A stretch of DNA of 64,000 bases from NCBI GenBank assembly GCA_013239625.1, contig MU053559.1:1905205-1969204 (forward strand), written 5' to 3'. The DNA comes from Lama guanicoe (taxonomy: Eukaryota). Positions 24,385-36,712 of this stretch are shown piece by piece. The notes beneath the pieces were generated by a model. It was not told the origin of the DNA. It was given only the letters and a program-made list of their open reading frames with translations, and did no database searches. The stretch's first letter is position 1. Every line of letters begins with the position of its first letter. Both the position numbers and the translations under genes were made by a program.

Positions 24385-24844
24385 TGTCGGCTGAAATAAA
24401 CGCACAGCCTAAAAGTTGAGAGTTATGTTTTATTTGGCGGACATTTCTGAGGATTCAAACCCCCTTTGAGCCCGAGATGACAGCCTCTCAGATCGGTCTG
24501 AGGTACTTCTCCAAAGAGGTAGGGGAGAAACTAGGATGTATAGGAGTTTTACAACAAAGACCTGGTAGTTGGAACATTAACTAAAGAAAACCAGGCATCT
24601 GAAGTTAAAGAATTTAGTGCTTTTCTATGTATGGGAAGAAGCAAACATTTGGGCTCATTGAATTCATTCCTTTGACAAGCACCTAGCTATCTAGGGCCAG
24701 TATCTCGTCCTTTCTCATTCTGAGTCCCCTCAGAGTGCACCATTGTGAGTGGCTTCAGAGGCTGGGCTGCAGGCTTGTTGCTGAAGACTTTTTGGTTTCA
24801 GCATTCTTTGTTTACTGATATGATTTGCAGTTTTTTCGTTCACA
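24385..24844 (-). mobile_element. ERV1-class solo LTR (family A)
   Basis: Reverse-complement homolog of 9339-9833; perfect TSD catc (24381-24384 / 24845-24848). Confidence 0.92.
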
Positions 24845-24899
24845 CATCCAAGAGGTCAGCTCAGCTTTCTAAAAGTTTTGATGCATGAAAAACGGATGT

Positions 24900-25505
24900 G
24901 GTCGTGTCCCAGGTCTCAGTTGAGTCCCTGGGACATGCCCCGCCAAGTGTGGGTCCTTGTCTTCATGCAGGAAAGAATTTAAGAGTGAGCCACAGTTGAG
25001 TAAAGTTAGATTTATTTAGAGATACATCAAAAGGCAAGAGAAAGGCCACAAGGTGTGGGAGTTGGGTGCTCAGATTAAAGTAAAAGTAGGTATATAGTCC
25101 ATAGACAGAGTGCGGGCGATCTCCAAAGAGGGAAGGAGAGGGGGCAGTGGCGGCCATGAGGCGCCGCCTGTTGCCAGTTTTTATGGGCTCGGTAGCTTCA
25201 TATGCTAATAAGTCGAAGGAGCAGTCTAACTAGACTGGGGAAGGGGCTGGGATTCCCAGGAAGTTGGCCATTTCCCATTCTTTGACCCTTCGGGCTAGCC
25301 TCGGGACTGTCATGGCGCCTGTGGGCTTGTTATTCACCATGCTAGTGTATTACAATAGGCACATAATAAAGCTCAAGGTCTGCTAGAAGTCAAATCTCCC
25401 ACCATCTTGAGCCTCAGTGCCTACTGGGGGTTGAATCTTCTGCCATCCTGGTGTGATTGCTGTGTTATTCCTTGAATGGCAGTGCCCTGCTACCTTCCTG
25501 TCTCA
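24900..25505 (-). mobile_element. ERV1-class solo LTR (family B), left boundary uncertain
   Basis: Shares caggaaagaatt(t/c)aagag, tttatttagaga and actgtcatggc blocks with 26932-27422; ends ccttcctgtctca. Confidence 0.8.
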
Positions 25506-26424
25506 GTTCTAACTCTGACCTGGTAGCTAAAGTAACAGATGGAAATGTGGGCTCTTTAGATGGAGCTCTTTCTCCTAAACCTGCATGGAAGTGAAGAGGT
25601 AGAGATTCAAAACAAAGCCATGTTGGAGCATTACTTCTCATTTGTGGATTTAATGTCTTATTTTTATATTGTTGCATAAGAAATCAACTCTTAAAAATCA
25701 TGTGTTTTCGAATTTGGGAAATCTTGTTCGAGGCTCATTTATTTAAAGACAAATCACTGAAAACACCAAACCCACTGGCCCAGGCTTTGACCACCCCCTC
25801 TCCCTATTTTCCTCTGGAGCAGTGATGGTGGAGCCACTGCATGAATTTCACTCTATTATTGAATGAAGAAAGCCGAGGCTGGTGATACTGAGAAAGCGTG
25901 AGAGAGAAAAAAAGATATCACAGTGACAGCACACTCCTGCAGCGGTCCATCTGAAAGCAAGTAAGTGACCTACTTACTGTTCTGTAAAGCACAAGGCAGA
26001 TTCTCACATGGAAAAATTGCCCTCAGAAGTGCCTGTGAGACCCTAGTATGAAAAGAAATGTGTGCAGGGCTCTCTTCATAATGGCATGCAGGTATGTGTG
26101 TGGTTAGCAGACATTCCTTTCTGACTCATTACCCATTTTGCCCCTGTGCTCCACCCCCACTCCTTAGTGCTTGAGGCAGTTTTTTCTGGCTTCCCCTGGG
26201 CTGGGACCAATATTGATGGTATCTTGGAGCTCTCAAAAGAGAAGCTGTGCTCCTTTGCACTTTTTTTTCTTTTGGTGACTAGTCATTAAGACTTGCTGCC
26301 AAGCTCTGTCCAATAAGCATGGCACAGCTGCCTCTCAGCTGAGAGCTCTTACCTGTCACAGTTTCTGGTACTTGTAGACTCTTCTGGCAGTCTGTCAGTT
26401 AATACAGATTTACCAACTAGACAG

Positions 26425-27452
26425 TGAAACAGACTTTTACGCTACCCTTTTATGCTCAGTAGCTGGGACCTGCAAATTAAGTTGACAAAAATAGAGTCCC
26501 AGGAGAAACTGATGTTAATATTTCTTACATTCATGGGGGCTTCCCAGAAAAGAAGTGAAATCCCAAAGAAGTTATTACGCTTGAGTACTTATATACCATT
26601 TTAACAAAGGGTGATAAATTGTGGAGAATAACTAGATAAAGGAAAGGAGGTTTGGGCTTTTAGGGGCAATAAATTATGGGATGGTGACTAGGGAATATAT
26701 GGAGGAAATTAATGATAGACAAAGGCTATTTAATAAGTTTGTTTATTCAGACTCATCTTGGTGCCTTCTCTATCTCAGAGATAAGTGTTGTTCTCTCCCT
26801 GGTATGGGAGAAGGGGACAGCTTCACAAGGGAAATTCATGCTCTGCTTTTAGGCAAAGAGCTCCTCTTGTGTTTGCTTTTTCTCAATTGCCTTCAGTTCA
26901 AAATAATCCTTGTGCCAAAGTGGCATAATTTTGTTGCCAGAGAGTAGGTTCTTGTCCCACACAGGAAAGAATTCAAGAGCAAGCCATAGTAAAGTGAGAG
27001 CAAGTTTATTTAGAGAGATACACATTCCACAGGCAGAATGCAGTGCCTCTCAGACGGGAAAGTGGCCCCGAAGTGTGGGGGTCGTTTGTTTTTATGCTTT
27101 TATGGTCTGGGTAATTTCATCTGCTAACAAGTGGGAGGATTAATTCAACCATTTTGGGGGAGGGGTGAGGATTTCCAGGAATTGGCCCCCTCCTCCAATT
27201 TTTGGCCTTTTATGGTCAGCCCATGAACTGTCATGGCACCTGTGGGTGTGTCATTTAGCATGCTAATGTATTACAGTGAGCCTCTAATGAGGCTCAAGGT
27301 GTATTGGAAGTCGAATCTTCTGCCTTCTTGGGCCAAGTTGGTTCTAACCAGTTTATGTCCTATCCTCAACTGCTGGGTCATTCCTTTAATGGTTGTGCCA
27401 TGCCTCCTTCCCTCCTATTTCAATTTGGGGTGTCATATTATGATCCCCTTTG
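26425..27452 (-). mobile_element. MER34-family ERV1 LTR interrupted by a younger LTR
   Basis: tctcaattgccttcagttcaaaataatccttgtgccaaagtggcata | ggggtgtcatattatgatcccct is continuous across the insert. Confidence 0.85.
26932..27422 (-). mobile_element. ERV1-class solo LTR (family B) nested in the MER34-like LTR
   Basis: TG...CA termini; perfect TSD attt (26928-26931 / 27423-27426). Confidence 0.9.
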
Positions 27453-27937
27453 GTGAGAAGGCATCAAAATGCTTTTCAGGGGTTTAAAATACTTGTACCA
27501 CTAGAATAAGGAAGTGAACTTCTGGCATAGCTTAGAGATCCAGAAGCCGTAGTAGATGAACCCAACTCCATCCTTCTGAGTAGAGGACTTAGAGGTATAG
27601 GGGGGCCAAAAGCAGGGATGGGAGCTGAGGAGGAGTTGCAAGAGGGCCTGAGAAAGAGAGTCCTTGGTCAAGAGTTGCCTATGGGCCACAGCTGCCCCTG
27701 TTGCCCCAAAGCTACATCTTGAAGTGGGGTGAAGAAAGAGTCAAAGTTTAGAAGCTTACATCCTGAAAAGAGACTGAGGGAGAGAAGAAGAGGGAGAAAG
27801 GAGTAATATGATATGAACCTACCCCTGTGCCTCAAGTTCCTAGGAGTTTCTCACTGGTTCTTGTGCCCTGTTGCCCTCTACCCTCTGCAAAAGAAAAATG
27901 AAATTGATTGCCTCACAGGCATAGATATAATCACTGA

Positions 27938-28473
27938 TGAAGGGGATCAGAATATGCTACCCTAAAATATGCCACTTTGACATAAAGATAATTTTGAGTT
28001 GAAGGCAATTGAGAAGCAGCAGATACAGGAAGAACTCCCCCTTTCTGCCTACAAGCAGGGCATAAATTTCCCTTGGTAACAGTGACATCAACTTCCATTT
28101 GTAAAGATGTCCTCTTCTCCCATACCTGGAAGAGGACAAGACTCTTATCAGAGGAAACAACTTGAGTCTGCATAAAAGAGCTTACTGAACAACCCACCAT
28201 ACATTTCTCAGAAACCATCCCATAATTTACTTCCCCTAGGAGCCCAAACCCCTTTTCCTTTGTCTAGTCAAACTCCACATTTATTGCCCTTTGTTAAAAG
28301 AACTCACTGCCTTTGGTTTTCACTTGCTTTGTGTGAAGCCCCTGTGCACATCAAAATATTAACATCAATAAAGAAACTTCTGCCTTTTCTCCTGTTAGTC
28401 TTTTTGTCAGTTTAATTCACAGGCCTCAGGAACTGAACCTAAGAGGGTAGAGGAAATTTTTTTTCAGCTATAC
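27938..28473 (+). mobile_element. MER34-family ERV1 solo LTR
   Basis: Starts tgaaggggatcagaatatgctaccctaaaatatgccactttg; AATAAA near 28367. Confidence 0.88.
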
Positions 28474-31098
28474 CATTGTTAGTGTTGCCTTGCTTGACTC
28501 TGTTTGATTGTTCAGGAAATGAGTTATTTTATTTAACCCCCCCCCCCATTTCTATTAAACACGTGGTTTAACATTGTGCTGGCTGAGCAGCAATTAAGAG
28601 ATCTCCATAGAGGCTCCTCTAACGTGTTGCTTATTCTGAAAGACAGCAAGTAAGACTCTCATGACCATGTGTTTAAAGTGTGCTGCCCTGAGGGCTGCTG
28701 CTTTGTACCTTTGCAGTGTTGCCTTCTTGAGTCCCAGCAGTCCAGGAAAGTTCCCTGGATTCAGACTTTCCCATTATTCTGGAAAATTCATTTTTCCTTT
28801 CTTCCACATGGGCCTGCTTAGACAGAGTGACTTTCAACCACTGACTATAAAGTCATGGTCAATTAGAGAAAATGAGTTCTCCATTCCATGCCTTCAGGGC
28901 TAGTAACAGAGACCCAGGGACTCCTGAGGTGTCAGAGGGAGGCACCAGGCTAGTCTCCCAGTGAAACCAAGCAGAGAAAAGCAAAGAGAGGAATCATCAG
29001 GGGGCCCATAATTATTGTTTGAATTTTATGTTTATGGTTTAATTCTATAAATCAAAAAAGGGAAATTCACACTGGTTCTGTGTAGCATGTGATAAACCGC
29101 AGCATTGCTACCAACAACTTTTTTCTCTCTTTACAAGCTTTGCCTCTTAGCAAAAGCGCGTATTTCGAGTTTTGCAATACCTGACACACAAGTTGTGAAG
29201 AAGAGTTTTTCACAGGCCAAAGAGATATAAGGAAAGCAGCAAAGCCTTATATCTGGGACATTTCTGAGGGGTGTATGTTCCTCAGGGTATCCAGTTATTC
29301 TATGACTAACTTCATTTGCTATGGTTTTTCTGAAGAAGACATTTGTGAAAATATCCAATTATGATTACCGACTACTTCCTGTGAATGATCTGTGATGTCT
29401 ACACTGATTTCCCCTGAACATTCATACAGTCAGGATGTTTGAAAGCTTGGGCCTCTTCTCCTCTGACATAAATCATTTTCTGTGAAACCTTTCCATGTTA
29501 ACTCGCAGTACCTGATTCTCAAACATGATATACATTTAATGTATTCTCTTTCCCCAGAAAATGTCTTTGATGCTAACTGTTTTGCTGTTGGTCTCAAAGT
29601 ATTCATTCTCTTCTCCTAACCATGGGCCCCAAATCCCACACAATGAGGGTGAACCACAGAGCAGCAGAGAGAAAAGCACATTGCTTTTCTTCCGTGAAGA
29701 CTTGCCATCAAATTCCACCTCTGTGTTCTGTGGATACTATTTCACATTGAGGAAATAGTAGCATTCGTGATTTGGTCTTCTGGATTTAATTTAGAGCTAC
29801 TTCAGTTGGTGCCTTTTTTTTTTTAAACCTCAAAACAGCAAAATGACAAGCCCGTAAATGCCGGCTTTTCTCTTCCTTTGGCCCAAGGGGAACTCGAGGC
29901 TCAATGCGCATTCATCATCACCAAAATACTGCCTTGTATATATTTTTGAGAGCCAGAGATGAGTTTGTAATGTTTTATAGGCCTGATTCAGCCCTCTATG
30001 TCCTTTTCCTTTTTGGTAGTCGACTTGTTGTATCTGTGACGAAAACACTCACTGTGTGTGCGTAAGTAAGTTCAGAACCAGAAAACGACAACAAATAAAG
30101 ATTCCAATAACTCAGGAGAACCTACCAGATTCTGACCATCTGACAATTTCATCTCGACACCTCCTAGTCTTCAATCATCAGAAAAGGTGATTGAAGCCTT
30201 GAGCTCTTGATTTTATCTCAAAGTCCTTTTGCTTTGTGGGTACCTTGGATCTGGAGATAGGGAATCAGGCGATCAGATAAAGCCATGGGGAGGGCTGAAA
30301 GTTTGCTGGAATGACGCTCGGGGCAGAGTTTAGGCTGTTGGAGCATTTCCTGTGTGCCCTTTGAAATCTCTGAACTCAGCTCTTCAAAGTGAGAGCTACC
30401 TTATTCTGTCTTTCCGCTGAACAAATGTATTTGTTACTTATCATTTTTTTTGGCCACCCCCACCCTAATTGACTTAGCTAACATTGATTTATCAGTGCAA
30501 AAGCATTGTGCCGACTGAGTCATAAGTTACACTTTTACCTGACATTATCTGGACCTTTGGAAATGAAAGCATACCAATAATAGACATTTTGTGCACAGGT
30601 CTACACACACACACACATGTGTCTTTCTGTTTGCTTCATTCATCATGTTCTCTATACTCCCACTGTTTTTCTCCCCCGACCCCTGCACTCTCGCTCGTAC
30701 TAGTTTCTGAGAGAGTTATGTTTTCTCATGAGCCAAAGGGTCATTTTTCAAGTTGAGTCCTATTAACCTCAGTTACAAACCCTTGGTTTTCTGAAGTTCC
30801 TCTTTGCAAAACTCTGTTTTGAGGAGAGAAAATTTATTTCTCTTTCAAGAGCCGGTGTGGTAAGAGGAAACCGAACGAAGCTGGTCTCTGGGTGTGTGTT
30901 TGTGCTCATTTGCTGTACAATCAAATACGGATATAGGTCAATAAAAGCTGTTCTTTGATCTCTTGCTACAAAGGATTCATTGTAAATACATTACTGAATA
31001 AGAGGGTTACGGCTGCGTAACTGCCCCTTACAAACAGTGCCCTATGCCACCCGTTAGCACGTGCAAGAAGTGAGACATCTGGCCTCAGCCTGCCTGGG

Positions 31099-31441
31099 TT
31101 TTTTTTTTTTTAATTGAGGTAAAAAACACATAAAATTTACCATCTTAACCATTTTTTCGTACTTAAAAAAAATTGACGTATAGTTGATTTACAATGCTGT
31201 GTTAGTTTCTGGTGTGCAGCATAGTGATTCAGTTATACATATAGATATTCTTTTTCACTATAGGTTATTACAAGCTAACGAATATAGTTCTCTGTGCTGT
31301 ACAGTAGGACCTTGTAATTTACCTATTCTGTAGATAGTAGTTTGTATTTGGTAATCCAGACTCCTAGTCTATCCCTCCCTCCCATGCCCTTCCCCCAGCA
31401 TCTTAATCATTTTTAAGTGTATACCTCAGTAGTGTTAAGTA
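31099..31441 (-). mobile_element. Tiny L1MA/MB-type 3' end containing a nested younger L1 3' end (31157-31398)
   Basis: Outer TSD cagcct(g/c)cctgggtttt (31086-31102 / 31442-31458); inner TSD catcttaa(c/t)cattttt (31141-31156 / 31399-31414). Confidence 0.88.
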
Positions 31442-32329
31442 CAGCCTCCCTGGGTTTTACTTTGCTGATTTATTTATTTTGATAGGTAGCCACAGTATCA
31501 TTTCATTTCTGGGTGTCCCCATAAAAGGATAGCGCTCAGGCAGAGAAATAGCCTGAAAAGAAGAATAACACGAATAGCCACAGAAACTTAAGCTGCAAGA
31601 ACTGAATAAAAGCAAACAAGGCCAATATTCCACTAGCTAACTCTTTAGAGTTAATACCTGTTATTACTACATGTCTAGCACTGGCCAAGGTGTTGTAAAG
31701 AACCCAGTGAGACATCATCAATGACCTCAAGATGTTTACCCTCCTGTTCTGGGATGAAGGTATCAGAGTAAATCACGTTCACTAAAACGGGAGTCAAGAC
31801 TTCAGCCTTATCTACCTCACTCAGTGATTGTATACAGAGGCACATTTCCTTTTACATAAATGTACAGTCTGTGTAATTAAGTAGCAAAGCAGAGCAGCCT
31901 GTTGAAAAGGCCATTGTCTAAAGTCACAGGACCTATCTAGGTGTGACAAACAACCCATGGTGGCAGGGGATTTAGGACCAACCTCTGCTGAGTGCTGGTG
32001 TTGGGCCAGTGTGGCCCATGGGAATCTCGATGCGAGAACAGGGAAAAGGGCCTTGTGAAAGTGATGCAGTCTTGACCGTGAATTTCAGCCTTCCACAGTC
32101 AGTGTCTAAGCCTTTCTCCTCTTACCTGCCTTGTGAGACGGAAGGGCAAATTGGAACCCAAAAGATACCACCCCTGCCCACCAAATTGCTTGACTGTCAA
32201 GACAAATAAAAGAAAAACATTCCCCATCCTCCCTTCTTCTTTCCTTCCTTTTTTATAGATGTGTCTGGGTGTGGGATGAGCTGTCGTGAAGATGTGGATC
32301 ATGAAACCCCTTTTTTTTCACTTTATCAT

Positions 32330-32490
32330 TTTTTTATTGAGGTGAAATTCACATGCCATTAAATTAACCATTTTATCATTTGAAATGTAAATTGAGCACT
32401 GTGCAGACATCAGTGTTACATTGTTCCAGAACTTTTTTGTTTATCTCTAAAGGAAACTCCGTAACAATTAATCAGTCCCTCATTGCCCTG
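32330..32490 (-). mobile_element. L1MB-type 3' fragment
   Basis: tttttattgaggtgaaattcacat...ttccagaactttt. Confidence 0.7.
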
Positions 32491-32887
32491 TTTTGATCCT
32501 GAAATCCCTAACACAAAGCTGGTGTGTGTTCCATTCCCAGCTCCCAGATCCCATTTAGATGACGTCCCTGCAATGTTTACACTGCTTGCTATCATAGTCA
32601 GCCTTCAGCTACAGGCCATTCACTTCAGCCAAGTTGATCATCTAACAAAAGTGATCATTCGTATGAAGGCATTTATCATCTCTCATGCACTAAGGAAATG
32701 GGAATGATATGATTTCAGTTTTTATATGATTAAAGTAAACCTTTCAAATGTAACTTCTCTGCTGTTTCCTGTAAAGGCAGCATCTCGCACCCTCGGTTCT
32801 GGTGGGTGGGAAAGATGGAGGAAGGGAATTGACTTTCTCTGGTTCACACTGGATGTCAAACCCAGCCGACCTACCTCTCCTCCAGTC

Positions 32888-33152
32888 TGAGTCAGTGACT
32901 CTCATTTGTTTTCGTTTTTTTCTTGTTTGCCTTGACCTATGCTGCAATCAGTACGTACACGTGTACAATGCCCCCACAAGCAAAGCCACTCGACAAAGCG
33001 TACTGGGCTACATCATTGCTATGGTGATAACCTTGAATCTGCTCTAATTTGTGAAAGAGGACGTCATTCAGAAAGTTCCATACTTTATTATTAACAAATT
33101 ACTTATGACTCACCTCATAAATGACCCTGACAACAACCGTGATTGTGACTCA
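32888..33152. promoter_or_regulatory. Candidate enhancer: AP-1 cluster with an E-box and a CRE-like site
   Basis: TGAGTCA at 32888, TGACTCA at 33106 and 33146, palindrome GTACACGTGTAC at 32955-32966, GACGTCA near 33060, all in non-repeat DNA. Confidence 0.4.
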
Positions 33153-33574
33153 ATGTTCCCAGCCTCAGTCTGACGCTCTGGCAACAGAATTGTTCTGTTT
33201 TCTCTTGTATTGACTCCAGTTCTGGGAGGCTTCCAGCTCCTTTCAGTTCAATGATTTCTATTCAGTTCCACAAACACCGAGCACCTACTCTGCTCAAGTA
33301 CTCAGATGGGCTCGGGGGACACAGACATAAAGCAGACCTGGTTTCCACCTTCCCGATGCTCACGCAGTCTAGTGACAAGCTGCTTCCATAATGCTCTCTC
33401 CAACTCCCTCTCTCCTTGGTTCCTTCTGGTCCCAGGTTTCTCTCTTCTCCCTGCAACTGAGGTCCAGCAAGGCTTGTAAGGGCCCTCTCTGGGGTATTTG
33501 AGACTCCTCTTTGCTTTCATAGATCTCTGGATTTATATTTATCATTATATTACGAGGTACACTGTATTGCCTCT

Positions 33575-33745
33575 TAGCCTATGTGCCAGATGCTATGTGC
33601 TTAACCCTCACTCATCCTCCCAACCCTATGAAGCAGGTGCAGATGAGGAAACTAAAGCTAAAAAAGCCAAGTAGTCTGTCCAAAATCACATAAGCAGTAG
33701 CAGGAGGGTCCTGGCCTAAACCAGGCAGTCTGATTCCAGAATCTT
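33575..33745 (-). mobile_element. MIR
   Basis: cagatgaggaaactaaagct...ccaaaatcacata...aggcagtctgattccaga. Confidence 0.8.
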
Positions 33746-33934
33746 TGTACTATTCTAAAAGTGAAGCAAAACTTGGTACCCATGATCTATAACCATCAAG
33801 TGTGTGGCATTTAAGCAAATATTCTGACCATGATTATTTGAAGACCCTGTACATTTTGCCATTTCTATATAATCTCTGATTCATGATATTGGGTCTTAAG
33901 AGTATTTTATGACAGCTATCTCCACTAAAATCTT

Positions 33935-34031
33935 TTTTTCCCTTCTTAACAGAGTCACTGGGGAATTAAACACAGGACCTTGTGCAGGCCAAGCACATGC
34001 TCTACCACTGAGCTCTACCCTCCTGCCACCC
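33935..34031 (-). mobile_element. Short-form camelid tRNA-Ala SINE
   Basis: Perfect 16-bp TSD tctccactaaaatctt (33919-33934 / 34032-34047). Confidence 0.92.
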
Positions 34032-34596
34032 TCTCCACTAAAATCTTAATACACTTATGGCAAGGATTAAAAAAATACAAATAACTTTAAAGAAGACCCA
34101 GTGTTAACCACCCCCCCTCCAATCCCATGAGGTGTACCAGGATTCTAGCCTAATTGGCAAGCAGGCACATTTCCCATGAGGTCCATCAACCTGTTGATGA
34201 CATAGGGCCCCGTGCCAGAGCCCACACAGTGGATTCGAGCATGGGGCAGAGCCCTGGACTCTGAGCCAAAGCTTTTGTGGAGAAACAGCTTTCACTGTGT
34301 ATGTAAAGAGGCTTGGATTTGCTCTGTTTTGTTTCTGTTATGAGAAATGGCCGGAGGGCTGCCTGATGCAGCCAGTAAGGTGGAATCAATGAGAAGCACG
34401 TTTCCCAAATGAAGACACCAATATTATCTGTGTGGTTAATCTGTAGTGCCTACCACCTCGTGACCCTTCATGAAGCTTTGAATCCTGTAAATACAAATGG
34501 ATTTTTCAATTCACTTTGCATTTAAAATTGCCCAGGTCTGGGAGAGATTGGTCGTTACCATGGTAGCCAGCCTACATACCAGAAACATTTCTAAAG

Positions 34597-34644
34597 NNNN
34601 NNNNNNNNNNNNNNNNNNNNNNNNNNNNNNNNNNNNNNNNNNNN
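34597..34644. other. Assembly gap (48 N)
   Basis: Run of N. Confidence 1.
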
Positions 34645-35166
34645 GCTCAGATCCACAGGGAAAGAGCTGGGCACGTATTTCCCCCACTTATGAAAAGCCA
34701 AGACCAAGGATCAGACTGGCTACGCAGGGACCCTGGAAGGTCCCTGGACCTCTATGTATTTCCAGTGTGAGTACTGTTAGGAAGCAACCGGAACTGGCCA
34801 AAAAACCCCCAAACCTGCCATGTGTTCTAGAATACTCCCGCACACTCAAAAAGATAGGCCCAGTGTTGAAGAAGGAGTGCTTGTCTTCCTGTTAGAAAGC
34901 CCACATGAAGCAGGATGCCTGGCTCCAGGTCAATGAAGAGTATATTGTTTTATCCTTCTCTGCACAGAGCAAAGCAGATTAAGAAATGGGATTAGATGCT
35001 CTTCCTACAGTTTCCCCCAGGATCCTCTCTGTTGTGTCTATTGACCTGCTCCCCCAAACCGGACTGTTAATTTCAAAGGGGCCGGAGCTGTGCTTGTTTT
35101 GTTCATCCCATAGCAAGGACTTAATGTTTTCTGAAATGATGAAATGACTGAATGAATGAAGCTTTA

Positions 35167-35362
35167 TTATTTTTTTAACTTCTTTAACTTTTTTTAATAT
35201 TTTATTTATTTATTATTGTATTATTTAATTATTTTGTTTTGGCAGTGGCGGGGGTAGAGGTAATTAGGTTTATTTATTTTTAGAGGAGGTACTGGGGATA
35301 GAACCCAGGACCTCATGCATGCAAAGCATGCAACTCTACTACTTGAGCTATACCCTCCCCCC
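35167..35362 (-). mobile_element. Camelid tRNA-Ala SINE inserted in an L2 tail
   Basis: Perfect 14-bp TSD tgaatgaagcttta (35153-35166 / 35363-35376). Confidence 0.95.
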
Positions 35363-35496
35363 TGAATGAAGCTTTAAAATAATGCTCATTCGATGAAAAA
35401 TTGAGAATAGACCACAACCTTTATGTAATTCAGTGATCTGATTAGAGCCAGGATGGAGAGAAAGGGAAGCTGTTGAAAGACATTGAGGCTCTGGGA

Positions 35497-35911
35497 TGAG
35501 AAAGGAGGACATCCTCCCACTTGTGACAACATGGATGGACCTTGGGCACATTAAGCTAAGCAAGATAGGGAAGACAAGTACTGTAGAGAATCATTTATCT
35601 GTGGAATCTAAAAAAGTGAAATCAATAAAAAACCGTAAAATGGTGGTTATCACGGAATGGGGGGCCAGGGGGATAAGAGAGATGGTTCTTAAGGGTACCA
35701 ACCTGTAAAGAATAGTAATTGAGCTATAGAGATCTAATGCACAGTATAATTAATATAGACAATAATATTGTACTGTAATTACATAATGTGATAAATATCG
35801 ATATATGGGCAAACATATTACAATATATAAATGTACACCTTAAATTTATAGAATGTTATATGTCAAATTTATTCAATTAAAAAATTTAGATAGGATTTGT
35901 GTACCATAAAA
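35497..35911 (+). mobile_element. 5'-truncated L1 3' end
   Basis: ORF2 tail EDILPLVTTWMDL; 21-bp TSD with 3 mismatches (35476-35496 / 35912-35932). Confidence 0.88.
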
Positions 35912-35970
35912 AAAGAAATAGAAGCTCTGGGAGCATGCCATTTTACTCAAAAATTGAAGAGTTGTTTGTG

Positions 35971-36056
35971 GTGGGGATATGGCTCAGTGGTAGAGCATGT
36001 GCTTAGCACGCGCAAGGTCCTGGGTTCACTCCCCAGTGCCTCCATTAAAAAAAAAA
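35971..36056 (+). mobile_element. Short-form tRNA-Ala SINE / tRNA retrocopy
   Basis: ggggatatggctcagtggtagagc...gggttcactccccagtgcctcca with poly-A; flanks share gagagttgt/aagagttgt. Confidence 0.85.
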
Positions 36057-36505
36057 GAGATAGGAGAGTTGTGGTGAGCACTGGGAAAGGAGCATTTTAG
36101 CTGATCAGAGGCAAATCAGGGTGGGGTTTAGATACTTAGAAAAGAAAATGACCAGATGAGGGTGATTTGGTAATTTAGGCGGGGGCAGAAAAGCACAATG
36201 GGAAGGAGGCTGGAGATACCATCGAGACTGAAATGAAATCCTAGAGAATCAGAAAACAATCTCCTTCCGGGAGCTAAGATTGCTGGCCTGCAGCTGGAGC
36301 GGGGAGGGTGAGAGAGGAAAAGGGCTGGGAAAAGGAGAACAGCAGATTCACTGAGCAGCATCCTTCTGGTTCTGCCAACGGCCAGGTGTGACTTATGCCC
36401 CAGGCAACTCTGAGATAATTTCACAGTCCAGAGGTTTTTGACCAAGATGCTGACTCTTCAGTGGAGAGGGTCCTGGGGGGCTGCCTGCCTTCCAAGTGTG
36501 CAGAC

Positions 36506-36712
36506 CCAGGGTAGGCAAACCAGGGTCCTTCGGCCAAATCCAGTCTGCCACTTGTTTCTGTAAGTAAAGTTTTACTGGCTCACAGTCACTCCCATTTGTT
36601 CACATATTGTCCATGGCTGCTTTCCTGCTACAATGGCAGAGTAGTTGCAACAGAGACCATTTGACCCACAAAGTCTAGACTCTTAACTATTTACTCAAGT
36701 TTGCAGACCATG
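36506..36712 (+). mobile_element. hAT-Charlie MITE (MER58A-like)
   Basis: ggccaaatccagtctgcc...taaagttttactgg...aagtttgcagacc; 8-bp TSD gtgcagac / gtgtagac. Confidence 0.9.

Noticed and set aside
9339..24844. Full provirus between two related LTRs
   Set aside because: Opposite orientations, different TSDs, and no gag/pol/env or primer-binding site between them.
29561..29758. 65-aa ORF with a hydrophobic N-terminus after an acceptor-like site
   Set aside because: No recognisable homology and no partner exons; the length is within chance expectation.
34497..34895. 132-aa ORF
   Set aside because: Artefact of translating across the N gap.
35971..36045. Functional tRNA-Ala gene
   Set aside because: It has stem mismatches, a poly-A tail and TSD-like flanks, and ten related SINE copies occur in the window.
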